Translations under genes and position numbers: made by a program
Part shown: one piece after another, positions 1 through 9,647 of the stretch
How positions within the stretch are numbered: position 1 is the first letter of the stretch
Layout of the letters: every line of letters starts with the position of its first letter
The notes under the pieces: generated by a model
Seen by the model: only the letters and a program-made list of their open reading frames with translations
Databases searched by the model: none
Told to the model about the DNA's origin: nothing
NCBI GenBank assembly: GCA_039933015.1
Contig: JBDTOX010000163.1
Coordinates: forward strand, 14,064-78,063
From: Methylophilaceae bacterium
Lineage (GTDB): Bacteria; Pseudomonadota; Gammaproteobacteria; Burkholderiales; Methylophilaceae
DNA: 64,000 bases
Reading direction: 5' to 3'

Positions 1-458
1 GGAATGCATTAGCCGCACCCGCAGCCGGGCGCTATGCACTGCCTTGGCTGCTATTGCTGGGTAGCGAGGCGCTGGCCAGTGAAAACGCCACTCCATCTTC
101 CATCGGCATGCTGTTTCAGGTGCTGCTCAGCCTCGCCATCGTACTCGGCCTGCTGGCGCTAGGCGCATGGGGCCTCAAGCGCTTCAGTAGCGGTTATAGC
201 CAGCAGCACGCAGTAGCAAAAATTGTAGGCGGCGTGAGCGTAGGTAACCGCGAACGCGTGGTGGTGGTGGAAGTGGCCGACCAGTGGATAGTAGTAGGCG
301 TTGCCCCTGGCCAGGTGCGCGGAATCGCCACCCTGCCAATCAAGGCCGGCTTTATGCCTGACACGGCGCAGGCAGCATCCATACACGCAACGGCTGCGCC
401 TGCCAAAACTTTTGGCAGCTGGCTTAAACAAACGCTAGATAAATCCAGTGGCAGATAA
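1..458 (+). CDS. fliO: Flagellar export apparatus protein FliO (5' end may lie outside the window)
   Basis: ORF track 54..458 (TTG start). It has a single TM ([22 protein letters not shown]) followed by [16 protein letters not shown], typical of FliO. It overlaps the start of fliP. The frame stays open back to nt 3 (..[16 protein letters not shown] looks signal-like), so the true start may be upstream of the window. Confidence 0.8.
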   Translation, partial: NALAAPAAGRYALPWLLLLGSEALASENATPSSIGMLFQVLLSLAIVLGLLALGAWGLKRFSSGYSQQHAVAKIVGGVSVGNRERVVVVEVADQWIVVGVAPGQVRGIATLPIKAGFMPDTAQAASIHATAAPAKTFGSWLKQTLDKSSGR

Positions 459-1290
459 TCCGGTACCCAATAATCCAATGCAAGCGCAACTAACCGTCCA
501 GACCCTGTGTACCTGGCTTGCTACACGCATGCCCAGGCCGAACCTGCCCAGACTGGCGGTGTGGGCTGTAGTAACGGGGCTGGCTGGCCTGTCGCTGAAT
601 GCTGCCGCGGAATCTGCCGGGCTCAATATTTTAAGCGCTACCCCTGCTGGCGGCGGCGGTCAGAACTATTCCTTGAGCATACAGACACTGATCCTGCTCA
701 CCTCACTGTCTTTCCTGCCGGCAGCATTGCTCATGATGACCGGGTTTACCCGCATCATTATCGTGCTGTCGCTGTTGCGCCAGGCGCTGGGCACCCAGTC
801 TGCCCCCTCTAATCAGATTCTGATAGGACTGGCATTATTCCTGACTATGTTCGTCATGGGGCCGGTGTTCGACAAAATCTATACCGACGCCTACCAGCCC
901 CTGACTGAAAACAGGATATCGATGCAGGCAGCGCTGGAAAAAGGCGTCGCGCCACTCAAGGCCTTCATGCTGAAACAAACACGGGAAACTGACCTTGCGC
1001 TATTCGTCAAAATGTCGAATACGCCCGCCTTGCAAACGCCGGAGGATGTACCGCTGCGCGTGCTGATTCCGGCTTACATGACCAGTGAGCTGAAAACAGC
1101 GTTCCAGATCGGGTTTGCCATCTTCATCCCATTTCTGATCATCGACATGGTGGTGGCCAGCGTACTCATGTCTATGGGCATGATGATGGTTTCGCCATCC
1201 ATCGTCTCCCTGCCATTCAAACTGATGCTGTTTGTACTGGTCGACGGCTGGCACCTGCTGCTCGGCTCACTGGTACAAAGCTTTTACTAG
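448..1290 (+). CDS. fliP: Flagellar type III export apparatus protein FliP
   Basis: Contains the conserved FliP core [55 protein letters not shown] at 448 overlaps fliO by 11 nt. ATG at 478 or 529 ([27 protein letters not shown], signal-peptide-like) are alternative starts. Confidence 0.93.
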   Translation: MADNPVPNNPMQAQLTVQTLCTWLATRMPRPNLPRLAVWAVVTGLAGLSLNAAAESAGLNILSATPAGGGGQNYSLSIQTLILLTSLSFLPAALLMMTGFTRIIIVLSLLRQALGTQSAPSNQILIGLALFLTMFVMGPVFDKIYTDAYQPLTENRISMQAALEKGVAPLKAFMLKQTRETDLALFVKMSNTPALQTPEDVPLRVLIPAYMTSELKTAFQIGFAIFIPFLIIDMVVASVLMSMGMMMVSPSIVSLPFKLMLFVLVDGWHLLLGSLVQSFY

Positions 1291-1298
1291 GACAGGCC

Positions 1299-1568
1299 AT
1301 GACTCCGGAAAGTGTGATGGATATGGGCCGCCAGGCCATGGAAGTGACCTTGCTGGTCGCCGCCCCCATGCTGCTGGTCGCATTGCTAATCGGTTTGATT
1401 GTGAGTATTTTTCAGGCAGCGACGCAAATCAATGAAACTACGCTGTCGTTTATCCCCAAGCTCATCGGCATCTTTGCCGCGCTGGTAATCGCCGGGCCCT
1501 GGATGCTGTCTGTCATGCTGGATTATATGCGGCAAGTATTCACCAACATCCCCGGCATGGCGGGCTAA
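1299..1568 (+). CDS. fliQ: Flagellar export apparatus protein FliQ
   Basis: 89 aa with two TM segments (MEVTLLVAAPMLLVALLIGLIVSIFQAATQINETTLSFIPK). Lies between fliP and fliR. Confidence 0.93.
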   Translation: MTPESVMDMGRQAMEVTLLVAAPMLLVALLIGLIVSIFQAATQINETTLSFIPKLIGIFAALVIAGPWMLSVMLDYMRQVFTNIPGMAG

Positions 1569-1578
1569 ACAGGCAGTC

Positions 1579-2370
1579 ATGATTTCCATCAGCAGTGAGT
1601 TGCTGCAGGCTTGGATCAGCGGCTTGCTCTGGCCGCTGACCCGCGTGCTGGGATTGATTGCCGTATCTCCCATACTGGGCCATCCCGCCCTCCCGCCCAC
1701 CGTCAAGTTGGGTCTGGGTCTAATGTTTACCCTGATTGTCATCCCGACAATGCCGGCGCCACCCGTGGTGGATCTCATGTCGCTGCAAAGCTTGCTGATT
1801 TTATTACAGCAACTCATTATCGGCGTGGCGATGGGCCTTACTGTGCGTATTGCTTTTGCCGCCGTGGAGCTGGCCGGACAGTTGAGCGGCATGACCATGG
1901 GCCTGGGTTTCGCCAGCTTTTATGATCCGCAGTCACAAGGGCAATCTACCGCCATCAGCCAGCTTTACGGATTACTGGCCATGCTGCTTTTCCTGGCGAT
2001 AAATGGGCATTTGCTTCTATTCTCGGCACTAGCCGAAAGTTTCAGCACGCTGCCGATTCAAGCCACGGCAACCGGCGGATTCAGCGTCATCCGCGTCTTC
2101 TCATGGGGTGAAAAAATATTCAGCGCTGGCGTGCACCTATCATTGCCTGTCATCGCTGCGCTGCTCATGACCAATATCGCACTGGGCATCCTGTCACGTA
2201 CCGCGCCGCAACTTAATTTGTTCGGCATTGGCTTCCCGGTCACCTTGATCATAGGCTTTCTGGCAATCGCCATGGCACTGCCGGGCATGACGGCGCCGCT
2301 GAATCAGCTGTTTGTTGACGCCATTAATGCGGTCAGGCAGCTAGGGTTACCTGCGCTGCCGGCGCTATAA
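1579..2370 (+). CDS. fliR: Flagellar export apparatus protein FliR
   Basis: 263-aa polytopic membrane protein directly after fliQ. FliR-like segments include LLWPLTRVLGLIAVSPILG and NIALGILSRTAPQLNLFGIGFP. Confidence 0.92.
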   Translation: MISISSELLQAWISGLLWPLTRVLGLIAVSPILGHPALPPTVKLGLGLMFTLIVIPTMPAPPVVDLMSLQSLLILLQQLIIGVAMGLTVRIAFAAVELAGQLSGMTMGLGFASFYDPQSQGQSTAISQLYGLLAMLLFLAINGHLLLFSALAESFSTLPIQATATGGFSVIRVFSWGEKIFSAGVHLSLPVIAALLMTNIALGILSRTAPQLNLFGIGFPVTLIIGFLAIAMALPGMTAPLNQLFVDAINAVRQLGLPALPAL

Positions 2371-2374
2371 GGGT

Positions 2375-3289
2375 TTAGATCAGATTAAAAAGAGAAAGCC
2401 CGACGACTCTCGCAAAAGACTTTTGCGCGGCTTCCAAAGTCATTTGTTGCTGTGATAGTTGCGAAATGGCTTTGGTATAGTCCAGTGATTGGTAGCCCGA
2501 CAAGGCTTGTGCATATTGAATATCTCTATCCTGACCGGATACATCCAGTGCATCCAGCTCTTTCAATCGCGAGCCCATGGCAGCACGTACAGTCAATACC
2601 GCATCAGCCGCACTCTGCAGGCCGGTGCTGGCCGTAGCAAGGCCAGCACTCAGTGCAGCGGATGCTGCCGGTGTGGTTACTGGCGTTTGCAGCAAGTTGA
2701 TCAGATCCGTCATCGTCTTGAACACGTCCTGGCCATTAGCCTGGAAAATATTGTCGCCCGTTTCACTCACTGCCATCTGCCGCGACGCAGAAATCTGCAC
2801 CATGCGCTGGCCCTGGTCACCATTGTATTGGGCGCCAGTTGCAGTTTGGGCATAGGGGGCAGTCTTGGTTTGGTACCCGGAAAATAGTCGATTACCGGCA
2901 CCATCCGAGGTATTGGCCAAACCGACCAGCTCATCCAGGTTGCCACGCAACTCGGCGGCTAAAAACCCTCGCTGGGTATCGCTATAGGTCCCATTTCCGG
3001 CGCTGACTAAAGTTGATTGGACAGAAGTCAGCAGGTCACTGATATTGGACAGTGTGGATTCAGTAATGCTGAGCTGGCTCTTGACTGTCTGGCGGTTATT
3101 GGCAAATTGGGTATTAACGCTTTGCGCCTGCGTAATCTCCAAGGCGCGCGCAGCAGCCACCGGATCATCCGATGGGCTCAGAATCCGGCGCCCGGTCGAG
3201 AGCTGCTGCTGCAGTTTCATCAGATCAGATTGCAAATCACCGAGCCGGGAGGTGCCAGACTCAAAAATTGTATTGGTACTGATGCGCAT
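2375..3289 (-). CDS. flgL: Flagellar hook-associated protein 3 FlgL
   Basis: 304 aa. The N-terminus MRISTNTIFESGTSRLGDLQSDLMKLQQQLSTGRRILSPSDDPVAAARAL is flagellin-N/HAP3-like. Lies directly downstream of flgK. Confidence 0.92.
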   Translation of the reverse strand: MRISTNTIFESGTSRLGDLQSDLMKLQQQLSTGRRILSPSDDPVAAARALEITQAQSVNTQFANNRQTVKSQLSITESTLSNISDLLTSVQSTLVSAGNGTYSDTQRGFLAAELRGNLDELVGLANTSDGAGNRLFSGYQTKTAPYAQTATGAQYNGDQGQRMVQISASRQMAVSETGDNIFQANGQDVFKTMTDLINLLQTPVTTPAASAALSAGLATASTGLQSAADAVLTVRAAMGSRLKELDALDVSGQDRDIQYAQALSGYQSLDYTKAISQLSQQQMTLEAAQKSFARVVGLSLFNLI

Positions 3290-3301
3290 AATGAGGTGCC
3301 C

Positions 3302-5248
3302 TTATTGTTTCAGGTTAAGCAAGACGTCAAAGAGCTGGCTGGCAATCTGCATCATTTTTCCTGCAGCCTGGTAGGCTTGCTGATAGCGTAAAAGATTGGT
3401 CGCTTCCTCATCGAGATTCACACCGGACTCCGACTGCTGCGCCGCGATTGCCTGCGTAAGCAAGGTTTTTTCAGCAGCATCGTTGACCTGCAATTCATAC
3501 ATTTTGTTACCTACAGTGCTGACCAGTTGGCCATAGACGCCACTATAGCTGGTGGTGCCACTATTCATGGTATTGGCGGTTTGCAATGCGGTAAGCAACA
3601 ACGCATTGCGATTGTCTCCGGCGCCGTTGATGGCATTTGGCGAAATCGTAAACTGATCGGTATCGTTAGGCACACCGCTGAGCTGCACAGTGAGGCCGGA
3701 AAAGCTGATGCTGGCGCCTGCCGTGTAAGGTACCGTACTGCCTGCGGGGTAAGTAGTGCTAGTGCTGCCGACCTTGACGGTAATCGGCGCTGCTGCAGGG
3801 AATCCGCTCAAGCTGACGCCAGTGCCATCATAGGTCAGGGTTACCGCAGATGTCAGCGGATTGGCTGTATAGGTGCTATCCAGCACCGGTGCGGTAATGG
3901 TGCCGGCACCGGTGTTGCTTGTGGCTGGCGCACTGCTCAACACCGGGCTACCAACTGCAATTTTTGTAATATCGGACAAGGCCAGAGAGAAAGTCGATGC
4001 ACCGTTGGCAGTAGGCTGAATCAGATAATCATCACCGCTGGCCATGGCGCCGGAACCCACTTTGAAAGTCAGGCCATCCAGCGATTGCGGCAAGCTGGCA
4101 AAGCTTTGCGCAGTGCCGTTATCAAGCCGGGTAATCGTGTAGTTGGCACCATCGTATTGCAAGCGATAATCGCTAGTTGTCAGGGCTTTTGCATCAGTGA
4201 TATCAGCCAGCACTGCGGCGTTGCCTGTGTTGTTGCCACTCGCATTCACCACCGCCAAGGGGGTGGTAAAGAATAGCCCGCCAGCGCTGCCGCTGGCATC
4301 CTGCGCCTGTTGATGCTGCTCATTGAAGGTCTGCGCCATGACTGTAGCAATGCGCCCCAGCTGATTCTGAATATTGTCGAGCGAATTATTGCGAAACTGG
4401 ATCATCCCGCCGATGTTGCCGCCCGGGAGGCTGTCGGCACTCAGGATGGTCGATTTGTTTTTGGTCTGGTAAGCAACTTCAAGACGCGTGCCATCAGTCG
4501 GCGAGCGCTGGGTGGCCAAGGAAAAGGTCTGTTTGCCCACCACCAGTGGCAAGCCATTACCGACAAACACACTATAGCTGCCGCCATCCTGCCGCACCAC
4601 GCTGGTTTTGATTTCCTTGCTCAAATGACTCACCAGCAGATCGCGCTGATCCATCAAGTCATTGGGCGGGTTACCCGTGGCGCTCGTGGCTTTTTCAATA
4701 ACGTCGTTCAGTTGCCCGATCTGTTTGGCATAGGCATTTACCAGGCCTACGCTGGTAGTGATCTGGCTGTTAACACCCTGGCGAATTTCATCCAGGCGCC
4801 CATCCAGGCTATGGAATCGCGCGGCCAATGAACTGGCCGAGGAAAGCGTAGCCTGACGGGCTGAGGCGTCGTTAGGATTGGCAGACAAACCCTGCAGGCT
4901 CGCAAAGAAATCCTGCACAACAGGAGATAGGCCCGCGGTCGTATCAGACAATAAATTATCGATCTGCTTCATTTGCGCGGCGTAGTTACTGGTTGCGCTA
5001 CTTAGTGACTGACCGCTTATCACCTGGTTATTCAGCAGCTCGCTATATATGCGCTTGATCGTATTGATCTGCGTGCCCTGCCCAACGTAGCCATATCCGA
5101 AGTTCTGTGCCTGTGCCGCGCCCTGCACGACTACCTGGCGGGTATATCCAGGAGTGGAAGCATTGGCAATGTTGTGTCCTGTGGTGCTTAGCCCCACTTG
5201 TGCCGCGTTTAGAGCGCTGATGCCGATACTAAGGATGCTGGTAGCCAT
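3302..5248 (-). CDS. flgK: Flagellar hook-associated protein 1 FlgK
   Basis: 648 aa. N-terminus GLSTTGHNIANASTPGYTRQ and C-terminus GVNLDEEATNLLRYQQAYQAAGKMMQIASQLFD are typical of HAP1. Confidence 0.93.
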   Translation of the reverse strand: MATSILSIGISALNAAQVGLSTTGHNIANASTPGYTRQVVVQGAAQAQNFGYGYVGQGTQINTIKRIYSELLNNQVISGQSLSSATSNYAAQMKQIDNLLSDTTAGLSPVVQDFFASLQGLSANPNDASARQATLSSASSLAARFHSLDGRLDEIRQGVNSQITTSVGLVNAYAKQIGQLNDVIEKATSATGNPPNDLMDQRDLLVSHLSKEIKTSVVRQDGGSYSVFVGNGLPLVVGKQTFSLATQRSPTDGTRLEVAYQTKNKSTILSADSLPGGNIGGMIQFRNNSLDNIQNQLGRIATVMAQTFNEQHQQAQDASGSAGGLFFTTPLAVVNASGNNTGNAAVLADITDAKALTTSDYRLQYDGANYTITRLDNGTAQSFASLPQSLDGLTFKVGSGAMASGDDYLIQPTANGASTFSLALSDITKIAVGSPVLSSAPATSNTGAGTITAPVLDSTYTANPLTSAVTLTYDGTGVSLSGFPAAAPITVKVGSTSTTYPAGSTVPYTAGASISFSGLTVQLSGVPNDTDQFTISPNAINGAGDNRNALLLTALQTANTMNSGTTSYSGVYGQLVSTVGNKMYELQVNDAAEKTLLTQAIAAQQSESGVNLDEEATNLLRYQQAYQAAGKMMQIASQLFDVLLNLKQ

Positions 5249-5273
5249 AATTTATACCTGATCGTGTAATGTA

Positions 5274-5300
5274 TTTACGGCTGTTGGCGCGAAAACTTTA
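5274..5300 (-). promoter_or_regulatory. Candidate sigma-28 (FliA) promoter for flgKL
   Basis: Minus strand reads TAAAGTTT (5300..5293), an 11-nt spacer, then GCCGTAAA (5281..5274). The consensus is TAAAGTTT-N11-GCCGATAA. It sits about 25 nt upstream of the flgK ATG (5248), in the flgJ-flgK junction. Confidence 0.6.
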
Positions 5301-5306
5301 GGTTGA

Positions 5307-6212
5307 TCAGGCCGTGGAAACCTGCTGAATCACCTGACGCAACTTGTCAGCGTAGTTTGGATCTGTGGCATAGCCTGCTTTTTGCATGGCTTGAGCATAA
5401 GCCGTGGCATTCTGGGCATTTGCAATCAGCGGTTCATAGCGCGTATTTTTTTGCAGCATGTTGGCGAAGTCGCGGAAGGAATCAGCATAAGAGTCGTAAG
5501 CACGGAATTTCTCGATTCTTTGCTGGCGCACCCCGCTCACATACTCCGAGGTAAGGGCTTCCACTACCTTGCCTTTCCAGCTTGCTGTCGCCTTGATGCC
5601 AAACAGGTTGTAACTGGTTGCGCCATCCTTGCCTTTAATCTCGCGCCTGCCCCAATTACTCTCGAGTGCAGCCTGGCCGACGATGAAATTGGCAGGGATG
5701 CCGGTTTCCCGGCTTGCCGCCTCGGCATGCACGGCTACTTGCTGCTGGAATACCTTCACGTGCCCAGGCGCTTGGGTCCGCAACGCTGGTGCCGAGCTGC
5801 TCGCTACAACCTCAGCTGGCACTGAGCTGCTCGCTGCAGCCTCTGGTTTAACTGGCACAGTGTTGCCAGTCACGGCATGGGCTGAAACTACCGCTCTATT
5901 CGACAATTGACGCGTCAATGCGTCTGCCAGACCTATACCGCGTGAGGCCAGTGTCTGGCTCACCTGCTGATCCAGCATGGAGGTGTAGGTTTTAGTTTGT
6001 TCGCTGTCAAACAAGCCGCCGTCCACCGTCGCATCGCGCATGCTCTTCAACATCATGTTCAGAAACATGGCCTCGAACTGTGTAGCCGTGGCTTTGAGTG
6101 CTTGCGGTGAACCCTGCTGGGCCGCCTGGCGTAATTTACCCAGGCCGTTAGCGTCGAGTGCCAGGCTCCCCGGTAGCTGATCCTGGCTTATAGCGCTGAT
6201 GTCGGCTTTCAA
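5307..6212 (-). CDS. flgJ: Flagellar rod assembly protein / peptidoglycan hydrolase FlgJ
   Basis: 301 aa. N-terminal rod-binding region (TQFEAMFLNMMLKSMRD) plus a C-terminal glucosaminidase domain (GQAALESNWGRRE..YNLFGIKA..GYATDPNYADKL). Confidence 0.92.
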   Translation of the reverse strand: MKADISAISQDQLPGSLALDANGLGKLRQAAQQGSPQALKATATQFEAMFLNMMLKSMRDATVDGGLFDSEQTKTYTSMLDQQVSQTLASRGIGLADALTRQLSNRAVVSAHAVTGNTVPVKPEAAASSSVPAEVVASSSAPALRTQAPGHVKVFQQQVAVHAEAASRETGIPANFIVGQAALESNWGRREIKGKDGATSYNLFGIKATASWKGKVVEALTSEYVSGVRQQRIEKFRAYDSYADSFRDFANMLQKNTRYEPLIANAQNATAYAQAMQKAGYATDPNYADKLRQVIQQVSTA

Positions 6213-6220
6213 GTGGGCAC

Positions 6221-7327
6221 CTAGATGATTTCCAGTTCTGCGCGCAATGCACCGGCACTCTTCATGGCCTGCAATATCACAAGCAGATCCTGCGGCGTCG
6301 CACCGATCGCATTCAACGCCTTCAGCACTTCAGCCAGCGAGGTGCCGGCTTTAAGCAGGGCCACCTGCCCGGGCTCTTTATTAATCTCGATCTGCGAGCG
6401 TTGGGTGAATACCGTAGTGCCATTGGACAAGGGTCCGGGCTGGCTGATGACGGGGTCGGTAGTGATAATCACGGAAAGGCTGCCATGCGCGACCGCGCAG
6501 GTATCCAGCGTTACTGCCTGATTCATGACTACCGAACCGGTTCTGGCATTGAGGATGACTTTAGCTGCAGCGGCGGCGGGGGTGATGCTGATGCTTTCCA
6601 GCGCGCCGAGAAAGGCCACGCGCTCTTCGGCACGCAATGGCGTACGCACCTGGATGACACGACCATCCTGCGCTACCGCAGTGGTTGCACCAAAACGGCG
6701 GTTGATAGCATCCACCACCAGGCTTGCCGTGGAGAAATCACTTTCATTTAATTCAACATTGATGCTATCGCGTTGGGTAATCACACTAGGCAAGGCGCGT
6801 TCCACTGTTGCGCCAGCCGAGATGCGACCTACATCCAGATGGTTAATCTGGGCTTTGCTGCCATTCGCCGCTGCGCCCGCCCCGCCCACCAGCAAATTAC
6901 CTTGCGCCATAGCGTAGATTTGTCCATCTGCGCCTTTCAAAGGCGTCATCAGCAACGTGCCTCCGCGCAGGCTCTTGGCATTACCCATGGACGACACGGT
7001 CACATCCAGCGTCTGGCCGGGCTGGGCAAATGGCGGCAGAGAACTGGTGACCATGACCGCAGCAACATTCTTGAGCTGCAGATTGGTGCCCACCGGCAGG
7101 TTCACACCCATCTGCTGCATCATGCTGATGATGCTTTGCACGGTAAACGGCGTTTGTGTGGTCTGGTCGCCGCTGCCATCCAGCCCCACTACCAGGCCGT
7201 AACCAATCAACTGGTTCTGCCGCACGCCCTGGATTGAGGCCATGTCCTTCAGGCGTTCGGCGTGGCTGGGGCTAGCCAGCAGGCAGCTGCCAATTAAAGT
7301 GAGGGTGATGGTTAGGAGCTTGCGCAT
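6221..7327 (-). CDS. flgI: Flagellar P-ring protein FlgI
   Basis: 368 aa with a signal peptide. Contains the P-ring signature IQGVRQNQLIGYGLVVGLDGSGDQ. Confidence 0.94.
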   Translation of the reverse strand: MRKLLTITLTLIGSCLLASPSHAERLKDMASIQGVRQNQLIGYGLVVGLDGSGDQTTQTPFTVQSIISMMQQMGVNLPVGTNLQLKNVAAVMVTSSLPPFAQPGQTLDVTVSSMGNAKSLRGGTLLMTPLKGADGQIYAMAQGNLLVGGAGAAANGSKAQINHLDVGRISAGATVERALPSVITQRDSINVELNESDFSTASLVVDAINRRFGATTAVAQDGRVIQVRTPLRAEERVAFLGALESISITPAAAAAKVILNARTGSVVMNQAVTLDTCAVAHGSLSVIITTDPVISQPGPLSNGTTVFTQRSQIEINKEPGQVALLKAGTSLAEVLKALNAIGATPQDLLVILQAMKSAGALRAELEII

Positions 7328-7337
7328 GGGGTAATGA

Positions 7338-8015
7338 TCACAAAGGTATAAAGCTCAGAAAAAAGCGGGTCAGGATGGAAGCAATCTGGGCAGCGTCTAT
7401 ACGGCTATTGGTACGGTATTCCACGCGTGCATCAGCTACCCGCGTGGATGACACGACATTACCAAGGGCAATGTCATTGGGATTGATCACGCCCGAAAAG
7501 CGTACAAATTCGGCCCCATGATCCAGCGCTATCTGCTTTTCACCGCTCACCACCAAATTGCCGTTGGCCAGCACTTCAATTACGGTCACACCTATGGTGC
7601 CAGTAAAGTTGTTACTCGATGAAGTCGCGGCCTTATCGTCGTATTTATTGGCAGAGTCTGCCCCAAAAGTAGCACGCGGAACTGGTGAGCCAAACGAGGA
7701 TGCAATGGAGGCAGCGACTGAGCCATTTTTATTGACAGAGCTCGCGCCCTGTTTAGCCGCAGTCGTGTTTTCGTTAATATTGATGGTCAATATATCGCCC
7801 TTGAGGCGTGCGCGCCGGTCTTCAAATAGCGGACGGTAAGCCGCCGCCTGAAAAATGGCACCGCTACTGGCCACAGAGGCAACAACAGGCTCGGGTCTGG
7901 CTGTCAGCGGTGTTTTGACTATGGTTTCCGGCGTCATGGCGCACGCTGTTAATACCAGTACCAGGCTGGCAGCCAACCATGCCAACAAGCGCTTATCGGT
8001 AAGACTGTGTGTCAT
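7338..8015 (-). CDS. flgH: Flagellar L-ring lipoprotein FlgH
   Basis: 225 aa with a lipobox LVLVLTAC. L-ring motifs GDILTININENT and VVSGEKQIALDHGAEFVRFSGVINP are present. Confidence 0.93.
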   Translation of the reverse strand: MTHSLTDKRLLAWLAASLVLVLTACAMTPETIVKTPLTARPEPVVASVASSGAIFQAAAYRPLFEDRRARLKGDILTININENTTAAKQGASSVNKNGSVAASIASSFGSPVPRATFGADSANKYDDKAATSSSNNFTGTIGVTVIEVLANGNLVVSGEKQIALDHGAEFVRFSGVINPNDIALGNVVSSTRVADARVEYRTNSRIDAAQIASILTRFFLSFIPL

Positions 8016-8020
8016 TATTA

Positions 8021-8803
8021 TCAGAGCTGCGCGAGCTTTTGCAGCATTTGGTCTGAAGTGGTGATCGCCTTACTATTAATTTCATAAGCGCGCTGCGTCT
8101 GGATCATGTTGACCAGTTCCTCCACCACGTTCACGTTTGAAGTTTCCACATACCCTTGTGCCAGCAGGCCAGTGCCGTTCGTGCCCGGGGTATTGGTGTT
8201 AGGCGTGCCGGAGGCTGCAGTTTCAACATACAGATTCTCGCCCTTAGCCAGCAAGCCAGCGGGATTAATAAAAGTAGCCAGCTGCAATGTGCCTACTTGT
8301 ACAGTCGAAGCGGAACCCGGCTGGGTAATGGTTATTGTGCCGTCACGGCCCACAGCCATACTTTGTGCATTTGCCGGAATTGTGATGGAAGGCTGGACCA
8401 CAAACCCGCTGGAAGTGACCAACTGGCCCTGGCTATCTACCTGGAATGAACCGTCGCGGGTGTAAGCCGTTGTGCCATCGGGCAGCAACACCTGGAAGAA
8501 GCCTGAACCCTGAATGGCAACATCCTTGTCATTGGAGGTTTGCTGCAAATTGCCTTGGGTAAAAATACGCTCGGTAGCGACCGGCCTTACCCCGGTGCCA
8601 AGTTGCAGGCCCGATGGCAGTTGCGTCTGCTGAGAAGACTGGGCGCCAGGCTGACGAATGTTCTGATAGAGCAAATCCTCAAATACGGCTCTGGAACGCT
8701 TGAAACCATTCGTGCTGACGTTGGCCAGATTGTTGGAAATCACGTCCATTTGCGTTTGCTGAGCGTCAAGACCGGTTTTGGAAATCCAGAGTGAGCGTAT
8801 CAT
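8021..8803 (-). CDS. flgG: Flagellar distal rod protein FlgG
   Basis: 260 aa. N-terminus [35 protein letters not shown] and C-terminus [29 protein letters not shown]. Confidence 0.95.
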   Translation of the reverse strand: MIRSLWISKTGLDAQQTQMDVISNNLANVSTNGFKRSRAVFEDLLYQNIRQPGAQSSQQTQLPSGLQLGTGVRPVATERIFTQGNLQQTSNDKDVAIQGSGFFQVLLPDGTTAYTRDGSFQVDSQGQLVTSSGFVVQPSITIPANAQSMAVGRDGTITITQPGSASTVQVGTLQLATFINPAGLLAKGENLYVETAASGTPNTNTPGTNGTGLLAQGYVETSNVNVVEELVNMIQTQRAYEINSKAITTSDQMLQKLAQL

Positions 8804-8873
8804 TTTATTGCCCTTTAAAAGCCTTGCAGTTCATCGAAACGAGCCATCCACGGCTATGCTAGCGCGTATTCCA

Positions 8874-9614
8874 TTAACTCAAACTGAGGAGTTGGCCGGC
8901 TTTACTGGCGTTATTCTCAGCGTTTTGCATTAATTTCATTTGCAAATCGAACTGGCGCCCCAGGTTGATCATATTCACCATAGCCTCAATCACATTGACG
9001 TTGCTGCTCTCCAGCGCGCCGCCAACGACATTGACTGTGGCATCAGCCTCGGCAGGCTGTCCATCCTTGGTTTTGAACAGGCCATCGGCTCCGCGCACCA
9101 GGTTTTCCTCTGGCGGATTGACCAGCTTCAAACGCCCGAGCACATTGACAGCCCCCGGCTTGGTTTCATTGGATACCGACGAGACGGTGCCATCTTTCGC
9201 AATGGTAATCGTCACGTCAGGCGGGATACTGATAGGGCCGCCATCACCCAACACGTTGAGTCCACTCTGCGTCTGCAACTGGCCATTTTCACTGATCTTC
9301 AGCGATCCGTTACGGGTATAGCCCTCGGAGCCATCTTCAAGACTTACCGCAAACCAGCCTTGGCCCTGAATTGCCACATCCAGATCACGATTGGTGGCCT
9401 GGATGGCGCCAGGGGTAAAGTCTGCACCCACGGTGGCATCCACCACAAAAGTCCGCGTTGGCAATGCCGCGCTTTCAAGCGGCACCGCGCGGAATGTATC
9501 AATCTGTGCGCGAAAGCCGGTGGAAGTAGCATTGGCCAGGTTGTGCGAATTGGTGGCCTGCTGCTCAAGAATATGCTTGACGCCGCTCATGGCGGTATAA
9601 ATCATGCGATCCAT
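8874..9614 (-). CDS. flgF: Flagellar proximal rod protein FlgF
   Basis: 246 aa. N-terminus MDRMIYTAMSGVKHILEQQATNSHNLANATSTGFRAQ and C-terminus SNVNVIEAMVNMINLGRQFDLQMKLMQ. Confidence 0.93.
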   Translation of the reverse strand: MDRMIYTAMSGVKHILEQQATNSHNLANATSTGFRAQIDTFRAVPLESAALPTRTFVVDATVGADFTPGAIQATNRDLDVAIQGQGWFAVSLEDGSEGYTRNGSLKISENGQLQTQSGLNVLGDGGPISIPPDVTITIAKDGTVSSVSNETKPGAVNVLGRLKLVNPPEENLVRGADGLFKTKDGQPAEADATVNVVGGALESSNVNVIEAMVNMINLGRQFDLQMKLMQNAENNASKAGQLLSLS

Positions 9615-9647
9615 ATGATGCCCTTCAGGATAATTCCGCTCACGTTA

